Position numbers and translations under genes: made by a program | Notes under the pieces: generated by a model | What the model was told of the DNA's origin: nothing | What the model saw: only the letters and a program-made list of their open reading frames with translations | The model's database searches: none | DNA from: Chrysomallon squamiferum | Taxonomy: Eukaryota > Animalia > Mollusca | Length of the DNA stretch: 64,000 nt | Direction: 5' to 3' | Assembly (NCBI GenBank): GCA_012295275.1 | Contig: CM022666.1 | Location: forward strand, 6,944,001-7,008,000 | In this document: in pieces, positions 1 to 14,526 of the stretch | How positions within the stretch are numbered: the first letter of the stretch is position 1 | How the letters are laid out: every line of letters begins with the position of its first letter

Positions 1-349
1 TACATACACACCCTCCTCATGCTTTAAACACCCCCACCAGCCCTTCAAACACACCCATTTACAGAGACAGCCTCCCTAGACAGACATGAAACCTTATTAA
101 CTCTGATCTTCCCAGACAAACACACACTAACTTAAAAAGTTCCACATATACAACATAATCAAAACTGGGAAACAATTTTCAATTACGTTTGAAATTTTTT
201 TTTTTAAATCTCTTTCCATCATGTCCCCTCTCTGACTGCTGCACACAGACGATGTTACACTGCAGAAGAAATTTACTGTATCCTAAAAAAAAATTAATAA
301 TTTTTGGGGCTGTTTGTGTAATTAATTGATAAATTTTAATCTCCCACAT

Positions 350-625
350 CCTCTTGACGACCATTAAGAAATCTCTGCCTGAAAGAACGAAGAGCAGTAT
401 TTGTGCCGTGTAGTTTCGTGTCAGCGCTGGGTAAAATAAAACCGAAATGACAACGTGGATTACTAAGTGATGCTGCTGATGAAGTGTACGTCAGGGGGAA
501 GAGATTAAATCAAAGCTGCTATCTCAGGAGAGTGGATCATAAAGCTACATGCACATAAGCGCCGTTCACGTTGTTATCAAGGTCTCGGAGATTTCAACTT
601 AATCGCCAAGATGAAGGACGGAAGT
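350..625 (+). promoter_or_regulatory. CpG-enriched, high-complexity island; candidate promoter or non-coding first exon of gene 1
   Basis: Many CpGs in an otherwise CpG-poor, AT-rich background, ~4.3 kb upstream of the ATG. GGATTA at 457-462. Candidate downstream acceptors at 3971-3972 and 4373-4374. Confidence 0.35.
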
Positions 626-2410
626 AAAGAAGAATTTCCCAATGTTTGAAAGATAGTAAAAAAAAAAAAAAAAAAAAAAAATGTATCATCACATCTTTAA
701 TCATCATGTTGTACATGGTTGTTTTGTTGTTTATTTTTTTTAATACAGATTTTTATGTTTGGAATGTGGTTTATTGTAGAATATTTTGTTGGAAGATTGG
801 TTTTTTTTTTTTTTTTTTTTTTCTCAAAGTGATAAAATGCAATATATTTAACGGCTTTGAACTGTGAAGCAAATGAATGGCTTTTCTGTCGAAAGTAAAT
901 ATCATCGCTGTGTTTATCTCAGGTTTTGTAACATCAATTTTTCATAATTTGTAAAGAAAACAGAAGATGTGGGATTGTTCATTCATTGATGATGGCCGTA
1001 TCAATAAATATTACAACTATTTTTTTATGTAATAAAGAATGTACTATAGTAACTTTTCTCAAATGTATCAACCATTATATAATCATGAATAAAATATGAT
1101 GGCTATTTATTAATAATAACAACAATAACTGTAGTAATAGTAATAGTAAAAAAAATAGTAATAATATTAATAATAATAATAAATAATAGTAGTAATAATA
1201 ACCATAATAATAACTATAATAGTTGTGATAGTAATAAAAAAAAAAAAAAAAAATCACTGTTCAGTATCTATATAAATGAAGAATAAATTTATATTTATAT
1301 ATTATTTGTGAAATTTGCAGTAATAAAATTTATCATTCTATCTGAACAAAATTCTTTTATCTAACAACAACAAATTTTTTTATATATATATAATAAAAAC
1401 ATTAAAAAAGACTGGTGAATCCCAGAATATCAAATACTTCATGAGCAACAGGTTTGTTAAAATTAAAAAAATTTAAATCCATAACAATAAGTAACATCAG
1501 TCTGTTTATCAAATTTTTTCTAGTAACAACATAATTATATAAAACAAAAAACAAAAAAACAAAAAAAATGAAAAATTAAAAGGAAGATGAATCCTGGAAT
1601 ATGTATGAAAGATGATGAACTTAACATTTTCGATTTTTAATCTGTAACATTCACTGAACATCACTTTATCTGATAAAAACAAATATAAAAACAAAACATT
1701 ATTATTAAAAAAAAATCAGATGTATTCTGTAATATCCATATACATCATGGGCAATGAACTTTTTCTCTGAAATAATCAGTTTTACTGGTATCTTGGGACC
1801 AAATAAATCGAACATTTGCAAACAGACAAAATGGCTGACATTTACATTACAGTGATGGTGTATGCTCCTATCTCTGTACCTATATAACCTTTACATTATA
1901 CAGCTGTAATGGTGAATGCTGATAATTTAGAATTCTTGTGTGTAGCTATGACAAAAAAAAAAAAATGTAAATTGACTCTTTTATTATCCATTTACAATTC
2001 TATCCCAACATTTATTTTAAATATTTCGACTTTAATTTAAAAAATTCAAAAAAATAAAAAATAAAAAAAAATAAAAATATTAAAACATTTGTTTTAATTA
2101 CCATATCACATAGCAGGCAATAAAAAGCTTTAAGTTTCAAAAACACGTAATTACGAATATCTTTCATATTCGCTTCTTTCTTTTGCAGATGATGTGCACT
2201 GCAGAATTCGACCATCTGAATGATGGATTTTTCTTCATGTTTCTCTATTCAAGTGGACACATCTAAAGCAACTCCTTTTGTTAATTGGATGCTGTTCAGA
2301 CTACAGGTGCTGGGAAACGCTTGATACCTGCACAGGCTGTGTGCAATAACTGCACAGGTGGGGCATGTAAAGAGGATTTGTTTAAAAGCAAAATAATCAG
2401 CGTGCTATCA

Positions 2411-2772
2411 AAAATTGTTAAGTAAACGTGGCATAAAATGAAGATTGTATAATTTTATACAACACAATTGGCAAATAATGAAGACGTCTTTTGAAAGCAG
2501 TATGATCAGTGTATTATTAAAAAATTGTTAAGTAAATGTGGCAGAAAATGAAGATTGTATAACTTTATGCAACACAAGAGGCTAAGAATGACCACTTGCT
2601 TTAAAAAAAATCAGTGGGCAATTAAGAATTGTTTATTAAAATGAAACACAAGAGATGTTGCATAAAATGAAGATTTGTAATAGTTTTAAACAACGCAAAT
2701 GGGATAAAATGAAAACATGTTTAAAAAATGTGCAAAAATTGTTTACAAAATGAATACAAGAAATGTGGCATA
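2411..2772. repeat. Degenerate ~110-bp tandem repeat, 3-4 copies
   Basis: AAAATTGTTAAGTAAAYGTGGCAKAAAATGAAGATTGTATAA recurs at ~2411 and ~2522, with more diverged copies at ~2625 and ~2735. Confidence 0.7.
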
Positions 2773-4259
2773 CCATGTGTATTGTAAAAAATGTATACAG
2801 CTAAAAGGTGGCATACAACAAAGTATACAGTAATTATGTACACCTGATAAGTGTGCAATGTACAATAAAAACAGAATGTGCAATCTGTAACAGGAATTCT
2901 TCACACTAGACTTTGTGTGCAATAAAGTGTGCAATTCAGACACTGTGCAATGGAAACATACTGACTGTACACAAGTGTGCGATAAACTGTTCAATAACTG
3001 AACAATTCAAATATAATTCATTGAAGACCACTTAAGAGTCAGAAAATGTGGTGTGGTGATTATTAATATCTGCAAAACAGGCTGTAAGAAAAAAATATTT
3101 GTTAAAAAGAAAAGTAAGACAGAAATGTTTGTTTACAACAATGAAGTGATTGTGATGCTGTTATACAATACACATACAGGATGAATTTAACATAGTTTAA
3201 TCTTTTATTTTTTTCAAGACACCTATCTGAATTTGTTAAGAGAGGTACATTATATTACGAACTGGAAAAACAAATTATAGTTAGGTTTTACTGGGGAAAG
3301 AATAAGTTTATTTAGATAACATATTTGGTGATATGATTTAATAAAGTATATCAATAAATAAAAAATAAAAAAATAAAAACATTTTAGAATTAGAAATACA
3401 AAATCAGAAGAAAATTAATAAAATATTAAAAATAATTTTAGTTGTAATCTGAGAAAGAAAAAAAAAAAAGTTGAATTAAAAACATCTGGAAAAAAAAAAA
3501 AATAATAATAATAATTATTTTAAAAAAAATTGAAAATAAAATTGGAGAAATTGTGATAATAAATATTCTTGAAATAACAAAAATATTAAATTCCCCAAAA
3601 CTATTATTTTATAGATCACTTATTTATTTATTTTTCGAATTTAAACAATTAAAATAAAATAAAAACAGTAAAATAAATGAAATAAATTGATATAAATATT
3701 ATTAAAAAAAAAAAAAATAATAATAAATAAAATAAAAAATAAAACAAACTGAAAAAAAACAAAAAAAAACCCCAAAACAAAGGCAACAAGAAAAACCTAT
3801 TAAATCAATGAAATAGAAACATTTACCACTGAGAAAAACATTAAGTGATAGAAAACCCCTCTAAAAAAAAAAAAAAAAAAAATAAACAAAAATTTAATTT
3901 AAAATAACACAAAAATAAATGTATGAATAAAAAAATTTTTTTTTTAAAAATAATATTTTTACTTTTCTTTAGATAAACAAGCACAGCATTCAACTGTCAA
4001 AAAAAAAAAAACCCACAAAAAATTAAAGAAAAAAATTCTAACAGAAACCCCTCTCCCATAACACACCCATATCAAGAAATGACACAAGTGTGATACAGCA
4101 GTGATACAAGTGTAATATATCTGAGACAGTTACACAAGCACCCTGTATATTCATCACAATTTAATTAAGCTGACTGTGGGGTTTCCTACTTGTACTATCT
4201 TCAACCAAACAGAACATTTAAACCAGTTTGCTAGATATTAAAGTGTTGCTATTTGAAAA

Positions 4260-4740
4260 ACAAAAATTCTGTGATTGCTACTTATTCTTAACTGAATTTG
4301 TGAAGTTAAAATTTCTTAAGATCAACTGGATTTTTATTATTATTATTTTAAAATTGTTATTTCCTTTCCACCAGCATATTAAATTCTAAACATCGTCCAG
4401 ATTTGACAGTATATACTGGACAGAAGATTTTTCAAAAACAGTTCTTTGATTTCAACACTGCTATACTTTAAATTCTTTAACAAGTAGATTTGTATGTTTA
4501 ATCAAAAATAATTGTTGGATTCTGTGAGTTGTGTACTGTTTTAGTAAAATTTGTTTTACTGCAACTGGATTTAATGCAGTTAACGGAATATCATTCTAAA
4601 AATTCTCCAATTTCTACAGCTATACAATAAATTCTTGATACTGACTGGATCAAAGATAACACAAACAATAGAATTTTGATAAATATTCTGTGATTTCTAT
4701 AGCTGTATTAACATTCTTTAAACCAACTGGATAATCACAA
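4260..4740. repeat. Degenerate ~80-bp tandem repeat just upstream of the gene 1 ATG
   Basis: Recurrent ATTCTGTGATT...AAATTCTT...CAACTGGAT; ACTGGAT at 4325, 4564, 4644 and 4726, ACTGGAC at 4416. Confidence 0.55.
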
Positions 4741-4908
4741 ATACAAAAAAAATCCAAAAACAATCTTGTGCAATTAAACTTTGATAAATTCTATCACAAA
4801 AAAGACAGAGAAGTAAAATAAAGTTTTACCAAAAAAAGACGAGAAAAATCACCAAATGTGTTTACTTTTAAAACACTTGTGTCTTAATGTACTCTCCTCA
4901 TCTACAAC

Positions 4909-5224
4909 ATGTCCACCTGGGATGTCGGCGTCAATACCACTACTACTTCTACTACAGCAGCGGAAGCAGCTACTACAACAGTGATACAACTGAACACCAC
5001 AGTAGGATACAACGTTTCGGATGAGCCCCTGGGAAAGTGGACTTTCTTGTTACTTTCTCCAGTCGCCATTTTTGGCATCGCTGGCAACATCCTCGCCATC
5101 ATGGCAATATCGCTGGAGCGTCGCCTGCAGAACGTCACCAACTACTTCTTGTTGTCCCTGGCAATCACAGACCTACTCGTCTCTCTCATTGTGATGCCAC
5201 TGAGCATTGTGAACGGTTTCACAG
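4909..5224 (+). CDS. HTR2: 5-HT2-type serotonin receptor (gene 1), coding exon 1: N-terminus, TM1, TM2
   Basis: ATG in good context (AACATG) with an in-frame upstream TAA at 4885. Thr-rich N-terminus with sequons NTT, NTT, NVS. TM1 GN motif; ICL1/TM2 ERRLQNVTNYFLLSLAITDLLVSLIVMP is typical of 5-HT2 receptors. Ends at the donor ACAG|GTGAGT (GT 5225-5226), phase 1. Confidence 0.95.
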
Positions 5225-5310
5225 GTGAGTAAAACCAGTCTACCCGACGACAAGCAGGAATTATTTTTTTTTTTTTTTTTTTTTTTGTCTTTGAATTAAA
5301 TTCTACAGTT

Positions 5311-5596
<286 letters not shown>

Positions 5597-6299
5597 TTCT
5601 TTCATTCTGTTTTCAACATCATCATTTTTAGTTTATCATTATTTATAATTATCCATTACTAATTTATTATTATTAATAATTTATTATCATCATCAATATT
5701 TATAATCAATATTACTGTAATACAAACATAACTCATCTGAAAGTGACATTTAAATGTAATGTTACTTTAAATTATTATCACAGACAATCTGGCCTTTTGT
5801 AAACAGCAACAACCACAACAACAGTAAACAAAATCTTTCACAATAACATTTGCAAAAATAAAGAATTCCTGGCTTGTACCTTATATCTGAAAACTGCTAT
5901 TTAAGATAACTAATAAAAATTGTGTTTTTTTTTTTACACCTGAGATATTTTAACTTCTCCTTCTTTTAACTTGGCCAAACCCACAGAATTTAGTTTTTAA
6001 AATAACAGATGGAGAAATTATTATCTTTTTTTTTATGAAGTTCATATACCCACAGAGTTGTCTGAAAGATTCCAGAAAAGAGAGAAGTTTTTGAAACAGC
6101 TGCTATAAAATTGATTAAAATATTTGATAAAGTTCAAAGTAAAACTCATAAATTCCAGACAATATAGTTTTTGAATAAATAACAATTAAATAAAGTAAGA
6201 TAAACTACTGAATGCTATAGTATAGCATAGCATAGTTTGATTTAGTATAGCATTCTGTAGTACAATCTCACTACACACGTATGTTAAATAACGAACAGT

Positions 6300-6850
6300 G
6301 ATTGACGATGAAGCTATCCCTGATGGAAATCTATGTCAGGACAACCCAGAGGAAAATCCCATTACCAGCACATAGTTAAACAACAAATAGCTTGGCAATG
6401 GGATTATCCCTTATTGAAGACTATCTCATGATAACCCAGGGAATAATACAATTGCTCCAATACAGACAACAGGAATCACTCTTCAGATGATAGTTGATTC
6501 AAAACACTGGGAAAACCCCTGACTGAAATATATGACCAAACAACCTCCCAGGAAGAAATCTCACTTCATATGTTTATTCTTAACATCAAACCGTTATTTA
6601 ACAACGGAACTATCTTTGACTGCAATCTATGCCAGGATAACCCAGAGAGCAATCGCACTCTACATACATACCTAAAATAATACACATAAATATGCTGTTT
6701 GACAATGGGAATATCCTCTGATGAAAAATCATTATCAAGTTGACCCATAGAGGAATTTACACTACCCATTTAGAGAGAAATTATCACTAAATGGGAAAGT
6801 GCACTCTTTCTGATTGAAATCTGTGCTCTGGTAACCTGGAGAGGAATCCA
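6300..6850. repeat. Highly degenerate ~100-bp tandem repeat, ~6 copies
   Basis: Recurrent TATCC(C/T)..GA(C/T)TGAAATCTATG...GGA(C/T)AACCCAGAG units. Confidence 0.55.
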
Positions 6851-7926
6851 GTGTTAACAGACAGCAGTGTCATAATTACTGATTTGGCCAAGTGATTGGG
6901 GTCTGCAGAAAGAAAAGCTATGGCCCACGTTTGATGAGTGTGTGTGTGAGTGAGTGAGTGAGTGTGTAATTACTGGGTTTTAATACAGGCACCACTCATA
7001 GACAATCTAATTTAGGCAGAGAAGAGGGGAGAGTGTGTTATGTGAGTGTCTGTCTGTGTATGTGTGTGTGCATGCATGCGTGCGAGAGTGAATGTGAGTA
7101 TGTGAGCGTATGTGAGCGTGTGTGAGTGTGTGTGTGTGTGTGTGTGTGTCTGTGTGTGTCTGTGTGTGAAAATGAACAACAAGAAATTAAGTCATTGCTT
7201 TTAGGAATTAGGGATATTACATAGCACAGTGATAGTAGAGCAGAAGAAAAACTTACAGAAAGGAACAGGGAATTATAAAGCAAAACTGGGAATAATAAAG
7301 AGGAAGAAGAAAAATTCACTTTTCATGACTTCAGAATACAGGAGATGAAAGTTCAGATTACTTTTCTGAAATCAGAAAACGAGGGAGACTGGGGAAAAAT
7401 CAAATTTCTCAACATAAGCAGGACAGAAAGCGGAGGGGGGATTTCATTTCTGCAAGTGGATGGGGGATGGTTACACGAGCGACTGACATTCTGAAACGGA
7501 ACGGACATGAATGAACACAGAAGTTAATTTTACATTTATCAGCCTGGGAGACAGACTCGGCTGGTTTGTGCAATGATGAGACCCAGTCTCTGTGTGTACT
7601 GCAGTAATTACAACTGGAGCCAAATGTTTAAGACCTATCTATCAGTCCGTCAGCCATTTTGAAATCCTTCAAGTAATATTGAATTTTCTTGGGATACATT
7701 TTAAAAAAAAAAAAAAAAAAAAATAAAAGAAAATCCTTCTTTCCCTCCCTTGAAATACTTTTAAATTTAGTTTATATTTTTTTTTTGTAAGATGTATTTT
7801 TTAAATTAATTTTTCTAAAATTATTAACAAAAAAAGGAAAAAAGAAAAGAAATTTTATTTTATATTATACAATAATTTTTAGAATTTTTTTTTCTTAAAC
7901 TTTTTATTTTCTTGGTTGTTTTTGAA

Positions 7927-7960
<34 letters not shown>

Positions 7961-8090
7961 TATATATATTTGTTTAGAAATATTTCCTTTCTCAGTACAA
8001 ATACAGTGCTCAATATTTTTTTCTTAAATAACACAAACATCTTTAATTATTTGCTTTCATTTTCCTATTTTCTTCATTGTTGCTGTTGTT

Positions 8091-8092
8091 TT

Positions 8093-8188
<96 letters not shown>

Positions 8189-8240
8189 CCTCCCTCCCTC
8201 CCTCCTGTCTCTCTCTCTCTCTCTCTATCTCTCTCTATCT
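8091..8240. repeat. (CT)n/(CCCT)n microsatellite
   Basis: Direct reading. Similar tracts at ~9270, 24712, 34496, 36766, 41403, 42204, 44450-44875, 52600, 59523 and 60418. Confidence 0.95.
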
Positions 8241-9290
8241 GTCACAGTACCACTCTAAGACACCAAATTAAACCCACTACTGACTTATAGCAAAAAACCT
8301 TAACAACTAATAAGACAACATCGACACAATTGTTTGGTTTTTTTTTTTTTTTTTTACGATGATAGTAAATTCCAAGGACAAACATTAACTGTACGGGACA
8401 CGTTAATAAATTTATTAACAACTTATCAGTATCAATCAGACACGAGTGTCACTGAGAGACTGTGTGTTTACTCGACAGTTCACAAGTATCGATCACCCTT
8501 GAAAACACAGAGGCATCCAGTCGTCATAAAACAGGGGTAATCATTTCACGTTTATGTCAACCCCAGTTTGTTCCTCTTCTACACAACCAGGTTAATTTAT
8601 ATCCCAAATTTATGCCTGGACGAAAACTACCATGGAAATCTGTTCGTGTTTACAGCATCATTGATTAGATATTTTGTCAAATCCTGTTTGGTTAATTGTA
8701 TTTGAAATTTCACACAGAGATAGCCACAGTAATTAACTAACTTCACGTGAACACTGTCACTGATCGTACATTTTTTTTTCTTCAAAAAATCTTGTTGTTC
8801 ACGTTTTGTTTATTGTATTAAAAATGCTCACAGAGATAATAACCATGGCAATTAATCAATTCATGTTTCCACTTTCTTTGCTGCTTGTTCTGCTTGCCTG
8901 GTCTTGTTTGTTTTATTAAGGTAAATGCTAGTTAATTCCACTCTGTGTGAGTGCATCAGTTAGATTTAAAAGGCACACGGACATTCCGTTGTTTTTCACT
9001 TTGTATTTTCTGTACAATTATTACTTTACTAATGATGAAGTTTGTTCATTCTTGTAAAAGAATATTAGATTTAGAATTAATGCAGATTTCTTTCTTGATG
9101 ATATTACGAATATTTGCAAAATATCGAAAAATCATTTCCAGCATTAATTTGTTCATTATTTTCAAATCTGTCAGTTTTGTCACTTTCTTTGACTTTCTCT
9201 CTCTCTCTAATTACATGTCTGTTTCTTTCACTCATTCACCCACCCTCTCCCAATGCCTCCCTACCTCCCTCCCTCCCTCTCTCTCCCTCT

Positions 9291-9331
<41 letters not shown>

Positions 9332-12300
9332 CATTATTTTCTTTCCCTCTCAGAGTTTAACACTTTCTCTGTGTCTCTCATTCTCTATACTTTTTTTTTT
9401 CTCTCTCTCTCTCTATCTTAGCATGTAACTATATACTCAAAATAAAAGAACACAAAGCCACTTAGTTGACATTTAAAAAAGTATTAAGCAAAATAAATTT
9501 CTCAGGTGATGTCAGTACAGACTACTTTTGTCAAATGTCATCCGATTTCTAATGTTACAAGATTTTGTTTCAGAATTTCTGGAGTTAATGAACAATAGGA
9601 AACTTATTACGAATTAAATAACTTATTAAGCATGCAACTCAAAGTGTTTCCAGTTATATGTGGTAATGAACTTAGATGGACAATTAGAAATATGAATAGT
9701 AAATTACAGAGACAGTGAGACAAAGTGTGACAGAAATGAGGAGGAGATACAGACAGACAATACAGAGAAAATGTTTTGGTGAGAAAAATGTTAGTTTGTA
9801 TGAAAGAGACAGACTAAGAAAAAGAAAAGAGAAATAAAATCTCTCCCTCCCTCCCTCTCTCCCCCCCCTCCCTCTCCCACCCCCCTCAATCCCTCCCTCC
9901 CTCTCCCTCTCTCCCTCTCTCCCTCAGCTACTCTTTCACTTTCTTTCTCTCTGTAAAAGAGGGCAAACATTAAAAAGCAATTACAGTTTAAAACAGATTA
10001 GATTTTCATTACATGAATTATATGCTATTGACAAAATTGATGGTGAAAATCATAAAAATAACCTGCAACATCTCCTATCTGACATTTGTAGTAACCCATG
10101 TGGGAATTCACTCAAGTCATTTTGCTGTCTGGTGTCTCAATGAATGTAAAAAAAAAAAAAAAAGAACACAAAAGAAGATTTACAAACCTTTATTTTATAT
10201 TAATAACAGCAAAAAACAGATTTTAAACTTGAAATCTGAGATGATGTCTGAGAAAACAAATGATGCTAATGTGTTTCTATTTGTGCCTGAATTAGATTTT
10301 GAATCAGGCTTGTTAAGTAACAGACAAATAAACTCTATGTTAACATAGTGATTGATATTAAGTAACAATTGAAATGATATTATTAAATGACTAACAAATT
10401 ATTATCTGGATGATTGATGACAAAAGAGTCATCATTTAGGACTGATGACAAAATAACCATCATCTGGATGATTTGTGATGTTTTCATCATAACACATCAT
10501 TTAAAGATTGATGATGATGTTGTTGATGATTTTCTATAAACGTTCAAAGATGTACATTTCTTTTCCCTTTTTGTTTTTTCTTATTCACAAAACAGGCATT
10601 TCCCTTACATGTCTGCATTCTAGTAAAACTCTGACATGCACAGCCTTACACAAAGAGATTTCCAAGCATTTGTCCATCCATCCATCCAAACCAAGACAAA
10701 CACAAACGAAATGATAAACATGTACATGACAATTAAAACACAAACACATAAAAATCCATTAAACATTTGCCTATAAAAGCCCTATCTGGAACACATTGTT
10801 GTAAAAATGTCATAAAAACAAGAGTTAAATGTAACAGATATGTAGAATTATCCAAAACACACAAACACACACACAGACACACACACACTCTCTCTCTCTC
10901 TCTTAACTACTGATACAAAAATATAAGCAGACATATAACAGACATACAGAAAGACACAGAGAAACAGACATCCACAGACAGTCACATACAGAATACAAAA
11001 CTCCAACAAACAAAAATCAACGAAACGAAGAAAGCCTGTTTTACATATTATATATCAGACCAATTTCTTCATCCGTTAAAGTAATTAATAATAATTTTGA
11101 AAAAGATGGAGCCAAAGAAACCATAAAAAAAAAAATATAAATAAGATAATTATAAATCAAATTTAAGACGATAAAGAAAGATAAAGAAAAAAAAAGGAAC
11201 AAAAAGAAAGGAAAAAAAAAAAAGAGAAGAAAAAAACGAAAGAAAGAAAGAAAGAAAGAAAGATCTGCCTGTCAACTGGTATCAGTGGATGTATCAGAGG
11301 CTGCAAGTTGTGGCAACTGTTCCATGACAAGATTACAAAAATAAACTGTTCCCCATCCATTCTGCAAAAACATATCAACAGCGAAAAAACACCATTAAGT
11401 ACTTTTCTACCTGTAGGCCGCAGCGCTATCAGACTCTGAATTGGTTTGCAGGCCCTTTAACAGTTTCCGCACTGAAACAATATTCTCAGTGATTCTGTGT
11501 GGCAGACAAGGCAGTATTTAAAAACTACAAGTCTTTTTTTGGTCTGAGGGATTTTTTCACAAATTATATATGTTTTTTTGTGTTTTTTTTACCTTTCCTT
11601 TTATTTTGTTGCAGGTAATAATTTCTGAAAATGAAAACGTTTGTCAAAGAGAATTTTCACAAATTATTACATTTTTTAATTTTCTTTTTGTTTCTAGAAC
11701 AGCAGTGGTAGTAGCAGAAGTAGCAGTAGTAGTAGTAACAACAGCAGCTGCAGTAGTAGTGTGGTAACACTGATACTATTAGTAGTAGTAAACCACAACA
11801 GCAGTAACCAGTGGTAATAGCAATAATAACTGATATTAACTGCATCAGGTGCATTCTTCCTTGCTTTTCAGACATTTGACTGCCGTTTCTCTCCTTCTCC
11901 GCATAAATTAACTTGTTTCTGTATTAATATTCAACATGCATCCTGTCTTGTCACAGTCAGTTTTCTCACTGCAGTGGTAACACACGAGAACAGAGCAGAC
12001 ATCCTCTCAAGCAGTTCTGAAGAGACACACCCTGTAGTCTGACATGCAGTGGATTCTGGCTTGTCCCAGCTGACAGGAGGGTTCTGTGGGTGATGCAAGA
12101 TTGTAAAACTTTCCCCACAGACGTGGGTAGCAGCACCTGTACGGTTAAACTACTCTGTCTCAAGCATGAAAGATGGTGGGATCATTACTGCTAGGTACCT
12201 TGTTTTGTATGATTTCCCATCCCATTGTGATCTAAGTATTAAAGTCATGGTTTATGCTTAACTGTAAGTAGGAAGAGGAGGAGAAAATGATTAAAGTCAT

Positions 12301-13623
12301 AGTACATGACTGTCTACAGAAGAAGTAGAAAATAGAGAGAGGAGAGAGGGAGAAGGGGAAAAAGGGGAAAAAGGGGAAAAGGAGGAAAGGGAGAAAGCGG
12401 TGAAGATAATTATGTTTTAGTTTATGCTTGACAGTTCATGGGAAGGTGTGTATAAAAGAACACTTCCTGCTAAATGAAATCAAATAACCCACAATGTGAT
12501 GCCTGCAGATTTCTTGTTATTTCTTTAACCATATTTTAAAATTTTATTCAGAAATCTGTATTAAGTTATTTATTTATTTATTTTTTTTATTATTATGTTC
12601 ATTCATTTTATTGAATAATAATTCATCATTAACATTTTGTGAATTAAAACAATGAAAAAGTATTAATTAATCCACATTTTCTGTTTCTAACTGATGGTCA
12701 GTCATTAATTCTTGTGCAGCATATTAAACAAATCTTTGTGACGTATCAAAAACAGATTCATTAACTGATATACCGTACTTTAAATTATTATTCATTTATG
12801 TAGATATTGCCTATCAATCAAATAATAATTCAGTGATTATATACTGCTAGCAAATTAAACAAATTATTCATTAATTTGTTTAGTTATTGTAGTATAAAGC
12901 AAGGTCTGGTTTTCAGACATTGATCATCTCACAATTTAAACAAATATTAAATCGTGATGCTTTTCTTTTCATTATTTCACAAATGTACTAAGCTAAGTCT
13001 TTGCTTTTTTTCTCTCAGGTATCAGATACATATCCTCTGTTGAGTCTGGGTGTGTGTCAGTTTGTAAACAAGATTAAGTATGATGCACAAAATGTTTGTA
13101 TGTTACAGGCAATATTTTCTCCACTTGTCTGTTAGTGTTAAATACAGAAAATATCGTAAGGAGTTTATCTGGTGAAGTATGAGGTATTTGTGTGTGTGTC
13201 TGTGTGTGTATGTGTGTGAGTCAGTATGAATGTCTGTCTGTCTGTCTGTCTAGCTATCAAGCTATATATGGAAAACGCTTGTAAATGTGCTTGTTTTTAA
13301 GTGTGAATATAATCTTCTGAGAGAGAGAGAGAGACCAGAGAGAGATAGAGAGAGACAGACAAAGACAGACACTCAGACATAGAGGTGTGTAGAAAAAATA
13401 TGAGACAAAAAAGTAAGTAAAGAGATTCTGATAGAAAATGAAGGCTGGAGGCAAATAAAATTCAAAGAAAACGTTAGAAATATTCAAAGAAAAATTCAAA
13501 GAAAAAGTTAGAAATAAACTAAGAAAGGAAAAAGTTGAAAAATCTCAAACACATATTTACTTCTTTAATCAATTAAAACACACACACACACACTCTCTAC
13601 AGACCCAAACCAACAACTCTTAT

Positions 13624-13657
<34 letters not shown>

Positions 13658-14448
13658 CACAATAGTGACAACTAAATCAAACCATCTCTGCACACAACAT
13701 CTGTGAACTTTTCAACACCAATGTCTTGCACATTCAAACTCCACTGACAACCTGGTTTCTAGTAAACTGTTGCAGGAATGGAGATGAAAAGAACTTCACA
13801 CTCTACTTGTGTGGATAAAGTCTCTCCGTGCTGCAATAGCTGACTGGGTCACATCAGGTTTACCCTGCTAATTGAAGAGTGTATCAAGGGGAAGACAATT
13901 CTGTAATTGCTTTTTAAATGAGTTGTGTCGAACTGAAATGCAATTTGTTTCTGCAGGGCAGTAAGACAAATGCTTCAAGCTTTCTTTCTCTTTATTTCTT
14001 TTTTTTTGCAATTTTTTTTTTTTTAATCTTTCTTTTTCATTTATTCTTCATATTCTTTTTCACTTTCTTTCTTTTATTATTATTTTTTTCAACTGTTTTA
14101 AAAAAAAAATTTTTTTTTTTTTTTTTAATATGTATTATTTTTATACTTTCATTTTATTTATTTCTTCTTCTTCTTCTTCTTCTTCTTTTTTTTTTTTTTT
14201 TTTTTTTGTTTTTCCCTGCAGGGGATATAAATTAAATTAGTAACAGATTTAATATTGCTGGTCATCTCACTTGAACAATTTTTTTTTTTGTTATTATTAT
14301 TTCTTTTCTTTTTATCCAGTCATATTTAATATAGTAAATGTAGAAGGATCTAAATACCTCAGTTAAAATCACAGATTAAATTATATTAAATATTTTAGTA
14401 ACAGAAACTTTGATTCAGTAAAATAAAACATTCACACATAAACTAAAA

Positions 14449-14467
14449 CACACACATGCACACACAC

Positions 14468-14522
<55 letters not shown>
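14449..14522. repeat. (CA)n microsatellite
   Basis: Direct reading. Confidence 0.95.

Positions 14523-14526
<4 letters not shown>

Noticed and set aside
4902-5228. ORFs 4902..5141(-) and 5037..5228(+), and the ORFs overlapping 16517-17602 and 58419-58607
   Set aside because: Shadow frames of the GC-richer receptor exons.
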